Positions 9,474 to 18,371 of a DNA stretch of 64,000 nucleotides are shown in pieces (the stretch's first letter is position 1; each line of letters starts with the position of its first letter). A program made the position numbers and the translations under genes. The stretch comes from an uncultured Holophaga sp. (GTDB lineage Bacteria; Acidobacteriota; Holophagae; Holophagales; Holophagaceae), in assembly GCA_963664825.1 (NCBI GenBank), contig OY761614.1, positions 320,001 to 384,000 on the forward strand. Reading direction: 5' to 3'. The notes beneath the pieces are model-generated. The model did not search any database. It was given only the letters and a program-made list of their open reading frames with translations, and was not told the DNA's origin.

Positions 9474-9653
9474 TCCAGAGTGGGTGGGGTTCACCCCTCA
9501 GCGCTTCGCCGTCCGCTCTTTATTTCCCGCCCCGCACCCGCGGGGCTTTCTCGTGCAGGCTCTTCTTCCCTGTCCATCGTCTCCGTGGACGCCTGCCCCA
9601 GGTGATACACTCGGCGCCAATCCAGGGCTCCCGAGCCCCTCCCAGGCCCCCCC

Positions 9654-10292
9654 ATGAGTCTTCCCATCTGGATCCTCTTCGTGACCGTGGCCCTGGCCGC
9701 CGTGCTCAGTCCGGGCCCCGCCGTGCTGCATGCGATCACCAACAGCATGGCCTTCGGCTGGCGCCGGGTGGTCTTTTCCTCCCTGGGCAACATCCTCGGT
9801 CTGCTGGCGCTTTCCGGTCTGGCCGTGGCGGGCCTGGGCGCCCTCCTCAAGACCTCCCTGGTCGTCTTCTCCGTCCTCAAGCTCCTGGGCGCAGGCTACC
9901 TGATCCTCCTGGGCATCCGGCAGTGGCGGGCCCGAACCAGCGTGTTCACTCAAGGCGATGCCACAGCCCTGCCCGAATCCCTGAGCAACGGCCGCATCCT
10001 CCTCAAGGGCCTGATGGTGGCCTTGACCAACCCCAAGGCCATCCTCTTCTTCAGCGCCCTATTCCCCCAGTTCCTCCGGTCGGACCGGGCCCTTTTCCCC
10101 CAGTTCCTGATCCTCATGGCCACCTTCATGGCCCTCTCCTTCCTGGCCCTGATGGGCTACGGAATGCTCGCCCACACCGCCCGGACTTGGTTCTCCGACG
10201 AACGCCGCTCCACCTGGTTCAACCGCGCCTCCGGCGGGGCGTTCTGCCTGCTCGGCCTCGGCATGCTGAGACTCAAGGCGGCCCGCGCGTGA
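9654..10292 (+). CDS. LysE/RhtB-family amino-acid exporter
   Basis: SPGPA, LKLLGAGYLILLG and LTNPKAILFF motifs. Confidence 0.93.
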   Translation: MSLPIWILFVTVALAAVLSPGPAVLHAITNSMAFGWRRVVFSSLGNILGLLALSGLAVAGLGALLKTSLVVFSVLKLLGAGYLILLGIRQWRARTSVFTQGDATALPESLSNGRILLKGLMVALTNPKAILFFSALFPQFLRSDRALFPQFLILMATFMALSFLALMGYGMLAHTARTWFSDERRSTWFNRASGGAFCLLGLGMLRLKAARA

Positions 10293-10530
10293 TACCGGCT
10301 TGAATCGGAAGGGATGATTCACCGCAAGAACGCAGAGCGAGCTTTAGCGAGCGGGCGGTCCCCTCTTCCATGGCAGAGAACCGAAGGGCCTGCACGGCTC
10401 TTCTCCGTGCCTTGTTCCCTGTTTCCGTGATGCGTTTTTTTTGGCTTGCCATTTGACACGCTCCCCCTGGGAGACGCGTTCCCGCTCCCTTCCCTCTTCG
10501 TGCGATGATGGTGCCTTGGAGAAACCACGC

Positions 10531-11628
10531 ATGGCCCCTCGCAAACGAACCCCGACCGAGATGCCCGAAGACGCCCCCGTGAAGGAAGCGAAACCCAAGG
10601 CCACCAAAACCGCCGTAAAGAAGCCCGCCAAGGCCGCGCCGAAAGTTGCCGCGCCGAAGGCCGAGCCCGCCAAGCGGAAAGCCAAGGCTGCACCCAAGGC
10701 AGCCCCAATGCCCGAGGTCGTGCCCGCCCCGAAAGCGGCCCCCCGGAAGCGCGCCGCTAAGCCCGTGACGGCAGCCAAGCCCATGGCAGAGGCCGAGCCT
10801 CTGGCAATGGCCAAGCCCGCTCCTTCAGAGGTGAAACCGACAGCGGCCTTCACGCCCCACGCCCAGAAGGTGATGGAAGCCATCGCCGCAGGTCGCGCCA
10901 TCGAGCTCATCTTCACGGATGCCGATGCTTATCCGCCGCGCACCTTCGAGGCCAGGCAGCTGCTCTTCGATGTCTTCACCGGCAGCTGGTTCGTCTGGGG
11001 CTGGGATCGCCGCTACAACGCCGAGCGCCACCATCGCCTCGATCTGCTCGCCGAGATCAATCCGGTGGAGGGCCCCGGCCGCTCCGCCCAGGGCCCCTTC
11101 CCCGAAGGCACGCCCTTCAATCAGATCGGCGGCTGGCGCGGAGGAGAGCCCATCCCCGTGAAGGCCGTGCTCCAGAAGCAGTGGATCTTCGCCGTCAAGC
11201 AGGCCCCCGCCCCCTTCCCGGATTTCCGCATCGAGGATCTCGAGGACGGCAAGGCCCAGATCAGCTTCACGGGCACCGATCTCCGGGCCATTGCCCGCTG
11301 GTGCATGCAGTTCGGGGATGGTCTCCAGGTGCAGGAACCCCAGCGTCTGGTGGACCGCATCCGCCAGGTGGGCGTCTCCTGGGCCGGCAAGGCCGCAGCC
11401 GTGCCGCCGCCCGCCCCACGGGCCCAATCCCGGCCTGAACCTCGCCCTGAAGCGAGGCCTGAAGCCCGTCCCGAATCCCGCCCAGAGCCCAGGCCCGAAC
11501 ACAGGCCCCGGAAGGAATTCCGGGAATCCCGGGAGCCGCGAGAGGCCCGGGAATCACGCGAGACCCGGGAATCCGAGGCCCCCAAGGGCAAGCCCGCCCG
11601 TCTTGAGGTCCGCGTCGAGCGACTCTAA
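10531..11628 (+). CDS. WYL/WCX-domain protein with a Lys/Ala/Pro-rich N-terminal tail and charged C-terminal repeats
   Basis: GGAGA RBS before ATG 10531; WYL-like RTFEARQLLF...GSWFVWGWDRRYNAERHHRLD; WCX-like RWCMQFGDGLQVQEPQRL. Confidence 0.72.
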   Translation: MAPRKRTPTEMPEDAPVKEAKPKATKTAVKKPAKAAPKVAAPKAEPAKRKAKAAPKAAPMPEVVPAPKAAPRKRAAKPVTAAKPMAEAEPLAMAKPAPSEVKPTAAFTPHAQKVMEAIAAGRAIELIFTDADAYPPRTFEARQLLFDVFTGSWFVWGWDRRYNAERHHRLDLLAEINPVEGPGRSAQGPFPEGTPFNQIGGWRGGEPIPVKAVLQKQWIFAVKQAPAPFPDFRIEDLEDGKAQISFTGTDLRAIARWCMQFGDGLQVQEPQRLVDRIRQVGVSWAGKAAAVPPPAPRAQSRPEPRPEARPEARPESRPEPRPEHRPRKEFRESREPREARESRETRESEAPKGKPARLEVRVERL

Positions 11629-11649
11629 GCACAGCCGCATTCTCTTGCC

Positions 11650-11675
11650 CAGATGGCCCGCAATCGGGCCATCTG
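11650..11675. terminator. GC-rich hairpin after the WYL gene
   Basis: CAGATGGCCCG-caat-CGGGCCATCTG. Confidence 0.5.
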
Positions 11676-11677
11676 GC

Positions 11678-11712
11678 ATATTCTTGACCAATTCAATCAG
11701 GAACCCTAGACT
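11678..11712 (+). promoter_or_regulatory. IscR/Rrf2-type operator upstream of the Rrf2 gene
   Basis: ATATTCTTGACCAATTCAATCAGGAA resembles, from memory, the IscR type-1 site pattern (TTGACCAATT..TC.GGAA); located about 30 bp before the gene. Confidence 0.6.
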
Positions 11713-11741
11713 GGTTTTCTTCAGCTGATGGAAGGCTCCCC

Positions 11742-12245
11742 TTGAAGATCTCGGCCCGCGGACGGTATTCCATGCAAGCCCTCTTCGACCTGGCCCACCA
11801 TAGCCACGGGCAGCCGATCCCCCTGCATCTCATCGCCCAGCGCCAGGAGCTGAGCCTCCCCTTCCTGGAGCAGATCTTCAACAAGCTCAAGAAGGCCGGC
11901 ATCGTCACCAGTGTGCGCGGCCCCAAGGGGGGCTACATCCTCACCCGCCCCTGCAACGAGGTCAGCGTGGGAGATGTGCTGCGCCTGACCGACAGCAGCT
12001 TCTACGCCAGCGCCAAGGAGGATCCCACCAGCGCCCGCTCGCTCCTCCAGGCCGACGAGAAGATGAACCGGCTCCTCTGGAAACAGCTCTCCGATCACGT
12101 CACCCACTTCATGGACACGGTCTCCCTGGCCGATCTCTGCGTGGAGAGCGGCAGCAACGCCTGCCCGGCCTGCACCTGTCCCACCTACACCCACGACGTG
12201 GAAGACCAGATCAAGCGCGGCGCCCGCAAACCCTGCGAATTCTGA
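11742..12245 (+). CDS. Rrf2-family transcriptional regulator (IscR-like)
   Basis: KISARGRY, IAQRQELSLPFLEQIFNKLKKAGIVTSVRGPKGGY. Confidence 0.93.
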   Translation: MKISARGRYSMQALFDLAHHSHGQPIPLHLIAQRQELSLPFLEQIFNKLKKAGIVTSVRGPKGGYILTRPCNEVSVGDVLRLTDSSFYASAKEDPTSARSLLQADEKMNRLLWKQLSDHVTHFMDTVSLADLCVESGSNACPACTCPTYTHDVEDQIKRGARKPCEF

Positions 12246-13075
12246 TGTCCAACCCCTGCGCGCTGCCCACCCTTTCCCTGCCGCCCACGGAAGAGGAGCT
12301 GAAGGCCCTTCCCAAGCTGGAGGAGCGCCTCCGCCGCCGCTTCGGGGTCTGCGTCACCGAATACAAGCTCATCGAGGACGGGGATCGCATCCTGGTGGGC
12401 CTCTCCGGAGGCAAGGATTCCTGGGCCTGCCTGGATCTGCTCCATTCCCTGCGCAGGCGGGCCCCCGTCAAGTTCGAGGTCCACGCCGCCACCATCGACC
12501 CGGGCTTTCCCGGCTTCAACCCGGACCGCATCGCGGAAGCCTGTGAGCGAATGCAGGTGCCCCATGTGATCCTGCCGGCTCCCATCGATCCGCTGGTGAG
12601 GAAGAGGCCGGAAACCACCCCCTGCGCCATCTGTTCGCGCCTGCGCCGGGGCGTCCTCTACACCTACGCCAAGACCCACGGCTACACCAAGATCGCCCTG
12701 GGCCACCACCTGGACGACCTCATCGAGACCCTGCTTCTCAATCAGTTCTTCGAGGGGCGCCTCTCCACCATGCCCCTCAAGCTGCGGAGCGATGACGGCG
12801 CCAATACCGTGATCCGCCCCCTGGGCACCTGCGAGGAGGAGGATCTTCGCCGCTTCGCTTGGCTCAAAGGCTACCCCATCGTCCCCTGCGGCTGCCCCCT
12901 CTGCGGTGCCTCTAGCCTCGAATCCAGCCGCGCTCAGGTGAAGGCCCTCGTCGCCACCCTGCGCGAGACCATCCCGGATATCAAGTTCTGCATGCTGCGG
13001 GCTATGAAAAATGTGAAGACCTCCCATCTCCTGGACAAGGAGCTTTTGGCCCTACCGAGGGAATTTGCCAAGTAG
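12245..13075 (+). CDS. ttcA: tRNA 2-thiocytidine(32) synthetase
   Basis: PP-loop SGGKDS, CAICSRLRRG, ALGHHLDD, IRPL, CGCPLC. Confidence 0.9.
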   Translation: MSNPCALPTLSLPPTEEELKALPKLEERLRRRFGVCVTEYKLIEDGDRILVGLSGGKDSWACLDLLHSLRRRAPVKFEVHAATIDPGFPGFNPDRIAEACERMQVPHVILPAPIDPLVRKRPETTPCAICSRLRRGVLYTYAKTHGYTKIALGHHLDDLIETLLLNQFFEGRLSTMPLKLRSDDGANTVIRPLGTCEEEDLRRFAWLKGYPIVPCGCPLCGASSLESSRAQVKALVATLRETIPDIKFCMLRAMKNVKTSHLLDKELLALPREFAK

Positions 13076-13124
13076 GGGAGCCTCCCTGATAAGGTGAAGG
13101 TGATTTCCCCTTGGGGAGCCAGCC

Positions 13125-13547
13125 ATGCAGAACCTCACCGCCGCGTGGGCCCGGAAGGCCGAAGCCGATCTGGATACGGCCAAGCGGGAACTCCACGTCA
13201 AGGAGGAGCCCAACTTCGAGGCGGTCTGCACCCATGCCCAGCAGAGCGCCCTCAAGTATCTGAAGGCTAGGCTCCTGAAGGCCGAGATCCCCTTTCCATC
13301 CACCACCCACCTGGTGGTGCTCCTGGAGCTATGCCTGGACGAGGAGCCTGACTGGGAGGAATTCCGCCCCCACCTCCGTTCCCTGAACCATCTAGCCGCC
13401 CAGCTCGAGGATCCCGAATATGTGCCCGATGGCCCCATGGCCGCCGAAGCCTACAGCCTGGCCCGCGCCTTTGGGGAGAGGGCCCGGACCGGACTGGAAC
13501 TGGAACTGGAACTGGAAATCATCTCAGGCGCAGCCACAGGCCTTTGA
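13125..13547 (+). CDS. HEPN-domain protein
   Basis: W..KAEADL..A and VCTHAQQSALKYLKA...P.TTHLVVLL signature. Confidence 0.8.
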   Translation: MQNLTAAWARKAEADLDTAKRELHVKEEPNFEAVCTHAQQSALKYLKARLLKAEIPFPSTTHLVVLLELCLDEEPDWEEFRPHLRSLNHLAAQLEDPEYVPDGPMAAEAYSLARAFGERARTGLELELELEIISGAATGL

Positions 13548-14709
13548 GGTAGAAGCCCTCAGGATGATTCAGGCCGTAGGGGTGGTCTCCGGGCTGCCCC
13601 AGGTGGGCAATGATCTGCGCCTCGCGCTTCGCCTCCAGCAGGGCCGTCCAGACCGCCTCCTGGAAGCGGGAGCGTTCAAGATGCTGGCTGCAGGAGAAGC
13701 ACCAGAGCATGCCCCCGGGGGCGGTCGCCTGGGCGCCGAGCCTGAAGACATCCTTGTAGGCCTTGAAGGCCGCGTCCACGTCCTTGCGCTGCTTGGCGAA
13801 GGCCGGGGGATCCACGATGACCCGGTCCCAGGAGGCCGGTTCCAGGGAGCGCATCAATTCAAAGGCGTCCCCCTGCATCCGAATATGCCGGGAGGGATCC
13901 AGTCCGTTCAGGATCCAGTCCCCTTCGGCTTGGTCCAGGGCGGGCCCTGAGATATCGAGGGTCGCCACCTCCCGGGCTCCCCCCAGCCCTGCCTGGATCG
14001 AGAAGCCGCCGGTATAGCCGAAGGCGTTGAGCACGCGGCAATCCTGGGAGACCCGCCCCAGGCTCAGGCGATGTTCCCGCTGATCCAGGAAGAAGCCCGT
14101 CTTCTGGCCCTTGAGGAGATCCACGGAAAACGTGGCCTGGCCTTCCCGGATGAGCACGGGCCCCGCCAGGCTGCCCTTCAGGAGCCGGTTGACGGGTCCG
14201 AGGCCTTCCTCCTTGCGGCCGGACTGGCTGCGTTCCACAAAGACACGGCAGCCTTCCAGCTTGGCCAATTCAAAGAGCACCGGCCACCAAGTCTCCCGCA
14301 GGGCTTCCAACCCGGCGGTACCCACCTGGATCACCAGGGCCTGGGCATAGCGATCCACCACCAGGCCCGGAAGGCCATCCCCCTCCCCGAAGACCCAGCG
14401 GCAGCCGCCTTCGGTGTTCTCCAGCCCCAGCGTCTTCCTCAGCACGAGTGCGGCCTGGAGGCGCTCCCTGAAAAATTCCGCGTCCAGGGGTTGATCCTCG
14501 AAGCGGAAGATCCGCATAGCCAGGGGGTTGCTCGCCGAGGCCGTACCCACCCCCAGCACGTTTCCACTGGAATCAGCCAGACGCACCAGAGGCCCAGATG
14601 CAGGTTCGGCGAGGGCTCCCGAGAAGACCCAGGGGTGGCGTTTCGTGAGGAGGGTCTCCTTGCCCGGCTTCAGGCGGAGGATCGGATAGGGCCAGCGGGT
14701 AGCGTCCAT
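13519..14709 (-). CDS. rlmI: RlmI/YccW-family class I SAM-dependent rRNA methyltransferase
   Basis: PUA-like HPWVFSG, EGDGLPGLVVDRY, GQKTGFFLDQRE, DPPAFAK, YLKG. Confidence 0.88.
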   Translation of the reverse strand: MDATRWPYPILRLKPGKETLLTKRHPWVFSGALAEPASGPLVRLADSSGNVLGVGTASASNPLAMRIFRFEDQPLDAEFFRERLQAALVLRKTLGLENTEGGCRWVFGEGDGLPGLVVDRYAQALVIQVGTAGLEALRETWWPVLFELAKLEGCRVFVERSQSGRKEEGLGPVNRLLKGSLAGPVLIREGQATFSVDLLKGQKTGFFLDQREHRLSLGRVSQDCRVLNAFGYTGGFSIQAGLGGAREVATLDISGPALDQAEGDWILNGLDPSRHIRMQGDAFELMRSLEPASWDRVIVDPPAFAKQRKDVDAAFKAYKDVFRLGAQATAPGGMLWCFSCSQHLERSRFQEAVWTALLEAKREAQIIAHLGQPGDHPYGLNHPEGFYLKGLWLRLR

Positions 14710-14719
14710 AGGTTCTTCC

Positions 14720-16402
14720 TCAGACCAACATCACCAGGAGCGCCTGGGCCAGCATGATCTTCAGGATGGTCGCCAGGGGGTAGACCGTGGCGAAGCCCAC
14801 ATTGGGCATCTCGTTCTTGGTCTGCTGGCAGGCGTAGCCCAGTAGCACGGGCTGGGTGTGCATGCCCGCCACGATGCCGAACATCACGTTGAGGGGGATC
14901 TTGAAGAGCTTGTGACCGACCCAGTAGGCGAGGGTATCGGCCAGGGTGGCCACGATCAGGGCGCTCGTCAGGAAGATGGGCAGCCAGGCGATGTTCTTGG
15001 TGAGGATCTGCCGGAAGCCTTCCCCGGAGATGATGCCGATGCCCGCAGCGAAGAGCACCAGCCCGAACTGGCGGATGGTGTGGTTGGCGCTGTAGGGGAT
15101 GTTCCAGATGAAGGGACCAAACTTGTGGTAACGCCCCAGGAGCAGGCCCACCACCAGGGGGCCCCCAGCGAAACCGAGCTTGAATATCATGCCGTGGCCC
15201 AGGGGAAAGGGAATCTGCCCCACCGCCAGGCCGAGGGCCAGGCCCATGGCGAAGGTGAGGAAGGAGGCCTCGGAGAGTTCCCGGTAGCTATCGCCGAAGT
15301 ACTCCTCGATCGCAGCGATATTGCCCTTGGCGGTGGCCACGCGGATGCGGTCCCCCAGTTCCAGCACGGTATCCGCATCGGGTACGAACCAGACATCCCC
15401 CCGACGCAGGCGCGTGATGATGCAGTTGTGCTTCTCCGGCAGCTGCAAGGCCCGCAGGGTGCGCCCGATGACATCATGGCTGCTGACGAAGACCCGGGTG
15501 GAATCGTACTCGCTGATATCGTTTTGAAGGGCGGTCTCCGAGGTCTTCCCCAGGAGGGCCGTGGCGCGCAGCACATCCTCGGGCGTGCCCACCACCATGA
15601 GCAGATCCCCCACCTGGAGGGTGATATCCAGGGGCGCCATGGTGAATTCGGCGCCGCGCTTCAGGCGATCGAAGACCACCTTGCAATTGGCCTGCTCCCG
15701 CAGATCCACATGGGTCTTCCCCGCGCCCGTCTCCAGCACTTCGATGGTGGCCACCACCAGATGGCTGGAGCCCGAACTGTAGCCGTGCAGGCTCGCGGCC
15801 TCCTTCTGGAGATCGACCTTGAAGAAGCGGCGGCTCAGCACCATGGAGAGCATGGGGATCAAGACGCCGACGGGGTAGGCGATGGCGCTGGCCACGGTGG
15901 GCTTGGCGATCTCCATGGCATCGGAGGTGGTGCGCTTCAGGGCCTCAATGACGCCGGCCAGGGCAGGCATGTTGTTGAAGGAACCCGTGAGCAGGCCCGC
16001 GGCGTACTTGCTATCGAAGTGGAACAGCCGCTTGGCGATGACGGCGATGAGGAAGGTGCTGAAGATCATCACAATGGCGACCACGGCGTTCTTCTGGATG
16101 CCCTCCTTGGTGAAGGCGGCCCAGAAGCTGTGGGCGATGGCCAGCCCCATGGCGTAGACGAAGATGGCCAGTCCCAATTCGTAGACGAGCTTCATCTCCT
16201 TGGAGACGTCCTTCTTGAGGGCGGGATCCAGGTCCGGCGCCAACACCACGGCCCCGAGAGCGATGCCCGCAAACAGGATCGAGGCGATGCCCAGGGAGGC
16301 CCCCGCGATCTTGATCTTGCTGATGGGATATCCCAGGGCCACTACGGCGAAGAGCAGCAGCAGCGGATTGTGCGCAAAAAACCACATGACGGAGTGGAAC
16401 AT
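14720..16402 (-). CDS. AspT/YidE/YbjL-family antiporter with TrkA-C domains (paralog 2)
   Basis: ELGLAIFVYAMG, AYPVG, LGFAGGPLVVGL, GMHTQP, ATVYP. Confidence 0.9.
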   Translation of the reverse strand: MFHSVMWFFAHNPLLLLFAVVALGYPISKIKIAGASLGIASILFAGIALGAVVLAPDLDPALKKDVSKEMKLVYELGLAIFVYAMGLAIAHSFWAAFTKEGIQKNAVVAIVMIFSTFLIAVIAKRLFHFDSKYAAGLLTGSFNNMPALAGVIEALKRTTSDAMEIAKPTVASAIAYPVGVLIPMLSMVLSRRFFKVDLQKEAASLHGYSSGSSHLVVATIEVLETGAGKTHVDLREQANCKVVFDRLKRGAEFTMAPLDITLQVGDLLMVVGTPEDVLRATALLGKTSETALQNDISEYDSTRVFVSSHDVIGRTLRALQLPEKHNCIITRLRRGDVWFVPDADTVLELGDRIRVATAKGNIAAIEEYFGDSYRELSEASFLTFAMGLALGLAVGQIPFPLGHGMIFKLGFAGGPLVVGLLLGRYHKFGPFIWNIPYSANHTIRQFGLVLFAAGIGIISGEGFRQILTKNIAWLPIFLTSALIVATLADTLAYWVGHKLFKIPLNVMFGIVAGMHTQPVLLGYACQQTKNEMPNVGFATVYPLATILKIMLAQALLVMLV

Positions 16403-16505
16403 GGACTCTCCACATCGGCACCGAAGTGCATTCCTTGAGGGGGGAGCCGCAGACAGACAACTGGCGGACTCCCGATGCCTTCATGCTAACCCAAGGCGAG
16501 GTCCC

Positions 16506-18155
16506 TCAGCGAATCAGGACCAACAGCGCCTGGGCCAGGATGATCTTGAAGATCATGGCCACCGGATAGCTGGTGGCATAGCCGATGGCGGGCAGATCGT
16601 TCTTGGTTTGGTCGCTGGCAGCGCCCAGCACCACAGGCATGGTCATGGCCCCCGCCAGGATGCCCAAGAGGAGGTTCATGGGGATCTTCAGCAGCTTGTT
16701 GCCCACACCCACCAGGAAGAGACCCGTGACGAAAGTCACGGCGGCCCCCACCAGGAAGAGGGGCATGCCCATGCCCCCCCGCAGATTATCCAGGAAGCCC
16801 ACCCCCGCGATGGTGCCGATGCCCGCGGAGAACAGCAGCAGGCCCAGCTGACGGATGGTGAGGTTGGCACCATAGGGGAAATGCCAGACGAAGCGCCCCA
16901 CGCGGTTCACCTTGCCCAGGAAGAGGGCCATCACCAACGGTCCCCCGGCGAATCCCAGCTTGAAGGTCATGCCCCCAGGAAGGGGGATGGGCAGCATGCC
17001 CAGGGCCAGCCCCGCGGCCAGTCCCATGGCGAAGGTGAGGAAATCCGCCTCGCTCACCTCCCGGTAGGAATCGCCGAAGAGGGCCGTGACCTCCTCGACG
17101 CGCTCCCGGCGCATGGTGATGCGGATGCGGTCGCCCAGTTCCAGGCGGGTATCGGCGTTGGGCACGAACCAGAGATCCCCCCGGCGCAACCGGGTGACCA
17201 TGGCGTCGAAATCCGAGGGCAGACGCAGCTCCGAAAGGGGACGGCCCACCACCGCCGGATCGCTCACGAAGAGCATCCGGTATTCGAAGTCCCCGGCGTG
17301 GCCTTCCAGCTGCTCGATGGGAGAAGCGACGGCCTCTCCCAGGAGGGTCACCAGGGCGTCCAGCTTCTCGGGTTCGCCGATCACCGTGATGACATCCCCG
17401 CTGCGGAGGGCCGTATCCCCCTTGTAGAGCATCAGCTGGCCCTCCCGCAGGATCCGGCCGAAGACCACTTCGCAGTTCTGGCGGGCCACCACGTCCCGAC
17501 GGGTCATACCCTCGGCTGCGGGCTGGGTCACGCGCACCGTGCGGGGTTCCAGCCGCGAAGCGCCGCTCCGGTATTGGGTGAGGCCCTCGGCCTCCTTCTT
17601 CAGATCCACCCGGAAGATGTGCCGGGCGATGAGGATCACCAGCAGAGGCGCGAGTACGCCCATGGGATAGGCGATGGAATAGGCGAAGGCGTGCTGGGAG
17701 AGATCGGCCGCAGTGCCCCCCTGGCCCTTGATGGCCTCCACGGCACCGGCCAGGGCCGGCGCATTGGTGAAGGCGCCGCTGAAGAGGCCGGCCCCGAAGA
17801 AGCGATTCCACCCGAGGAGCTTTGAAATCCCCACGATCAGGAAGGCCCCGAAGAGGATCGCCAAAATGGTGATGGCGGTATTCTTCAGGCCCCTCAGGTT
17901 CATGGCGGCGAAGAAACCCTGGGCGCTGGTGAGGCCCACCGTGTAGACGAACATGGAGAGGCCCAGCAGGTAGATGATATCGGGCAGGGGTTTGATGCCC
18001 GGCAAGCAGCCCAGGCCCACGCCCACGAAGAGCACGGCGGCCATGCCCAGCGAGGCCCCGGCGATGCGGACCTTGCCCAGAGGCCAGCCCAGGGCCACCA
18101 CCAGGAAGAGCAGCAGCAGGGGGCTCTCGTTGAGGATTCGGACCAGTGTGTGCAT
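16506..18155 (-). CDS. AspT/YidE/YbjL-family antiporter with TrkA-C domains (paralog 1)
   Basis: LGLSMFVYTVG, GAFTNAPALA, YSIAYPMG, LGFAGGPL, YATSYP; start could be 18167. Confidence 0.9.
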   Translation of the reverse strand: MHTLVRILNESPLLLLFLVVALGWPLGKVRIAGASLGMAAVLFVGVGLGCLPGIKPLPDIIYLLGLSMFVYTVGLTSAQGFFAAMNLRGLKNTAITILAILFGAFLIVGISKLLGWNRFFGAGLFSGAFTNAPALAGAVEAIKGQGGTAADLSQHAFAYSIAYPMGVLAPLLVILIARHIFRVDLKKEAEGLTQYRSGASRLEPRTVRVTQPAAEGMTRRDVVARQNCEVVFGRILREGQLMLYKGDTALRSGDVITVIGEPEKLDALVTLLGEAVASPIEQLEGHAGDFEYRMLFVSDPAVVGRPLSELRLPSDFDAMVTRLRRGDLWFVPNADTRLELGDRIRITMRRERVEEVTALFGDSYREVSEADFLTFAMGLAAGLALGMLPIPLPGGMTFKLGFAGGPLVMALFLGKVNRVGRFVWHFPYGANLTIRQLGLLLFSAGIGTIAGVGFLDNLRGGMGMPLFLVGAAVTFVTGLFLVGVGNKLLKIPMNLLLGILAGAMTMPVVLGAASDQTKNDLPAIGYATSYPVAMIFKIILAQALLVLIR

Positions 18156-18371
18156 GTTCACCCCCAAAGCCAGGCCTGCCCAAGACAGGATCGGGACGGA
18201 GCGTGCAGGAATGCCGGACCCGTTGCAACCATTTTATCCGACCCCGCCTGCCTCCTTGTCACGCCGCTGTTCCGGGGATCGCCACGCCCTCGAAGCTGAA
18301 GTGTCCCCGGAAGGCATCTTCTTAAGGCGGAAAGGCTGGCGTCTGCCCCGGAAATTTGAAAAGCTGGGTCC

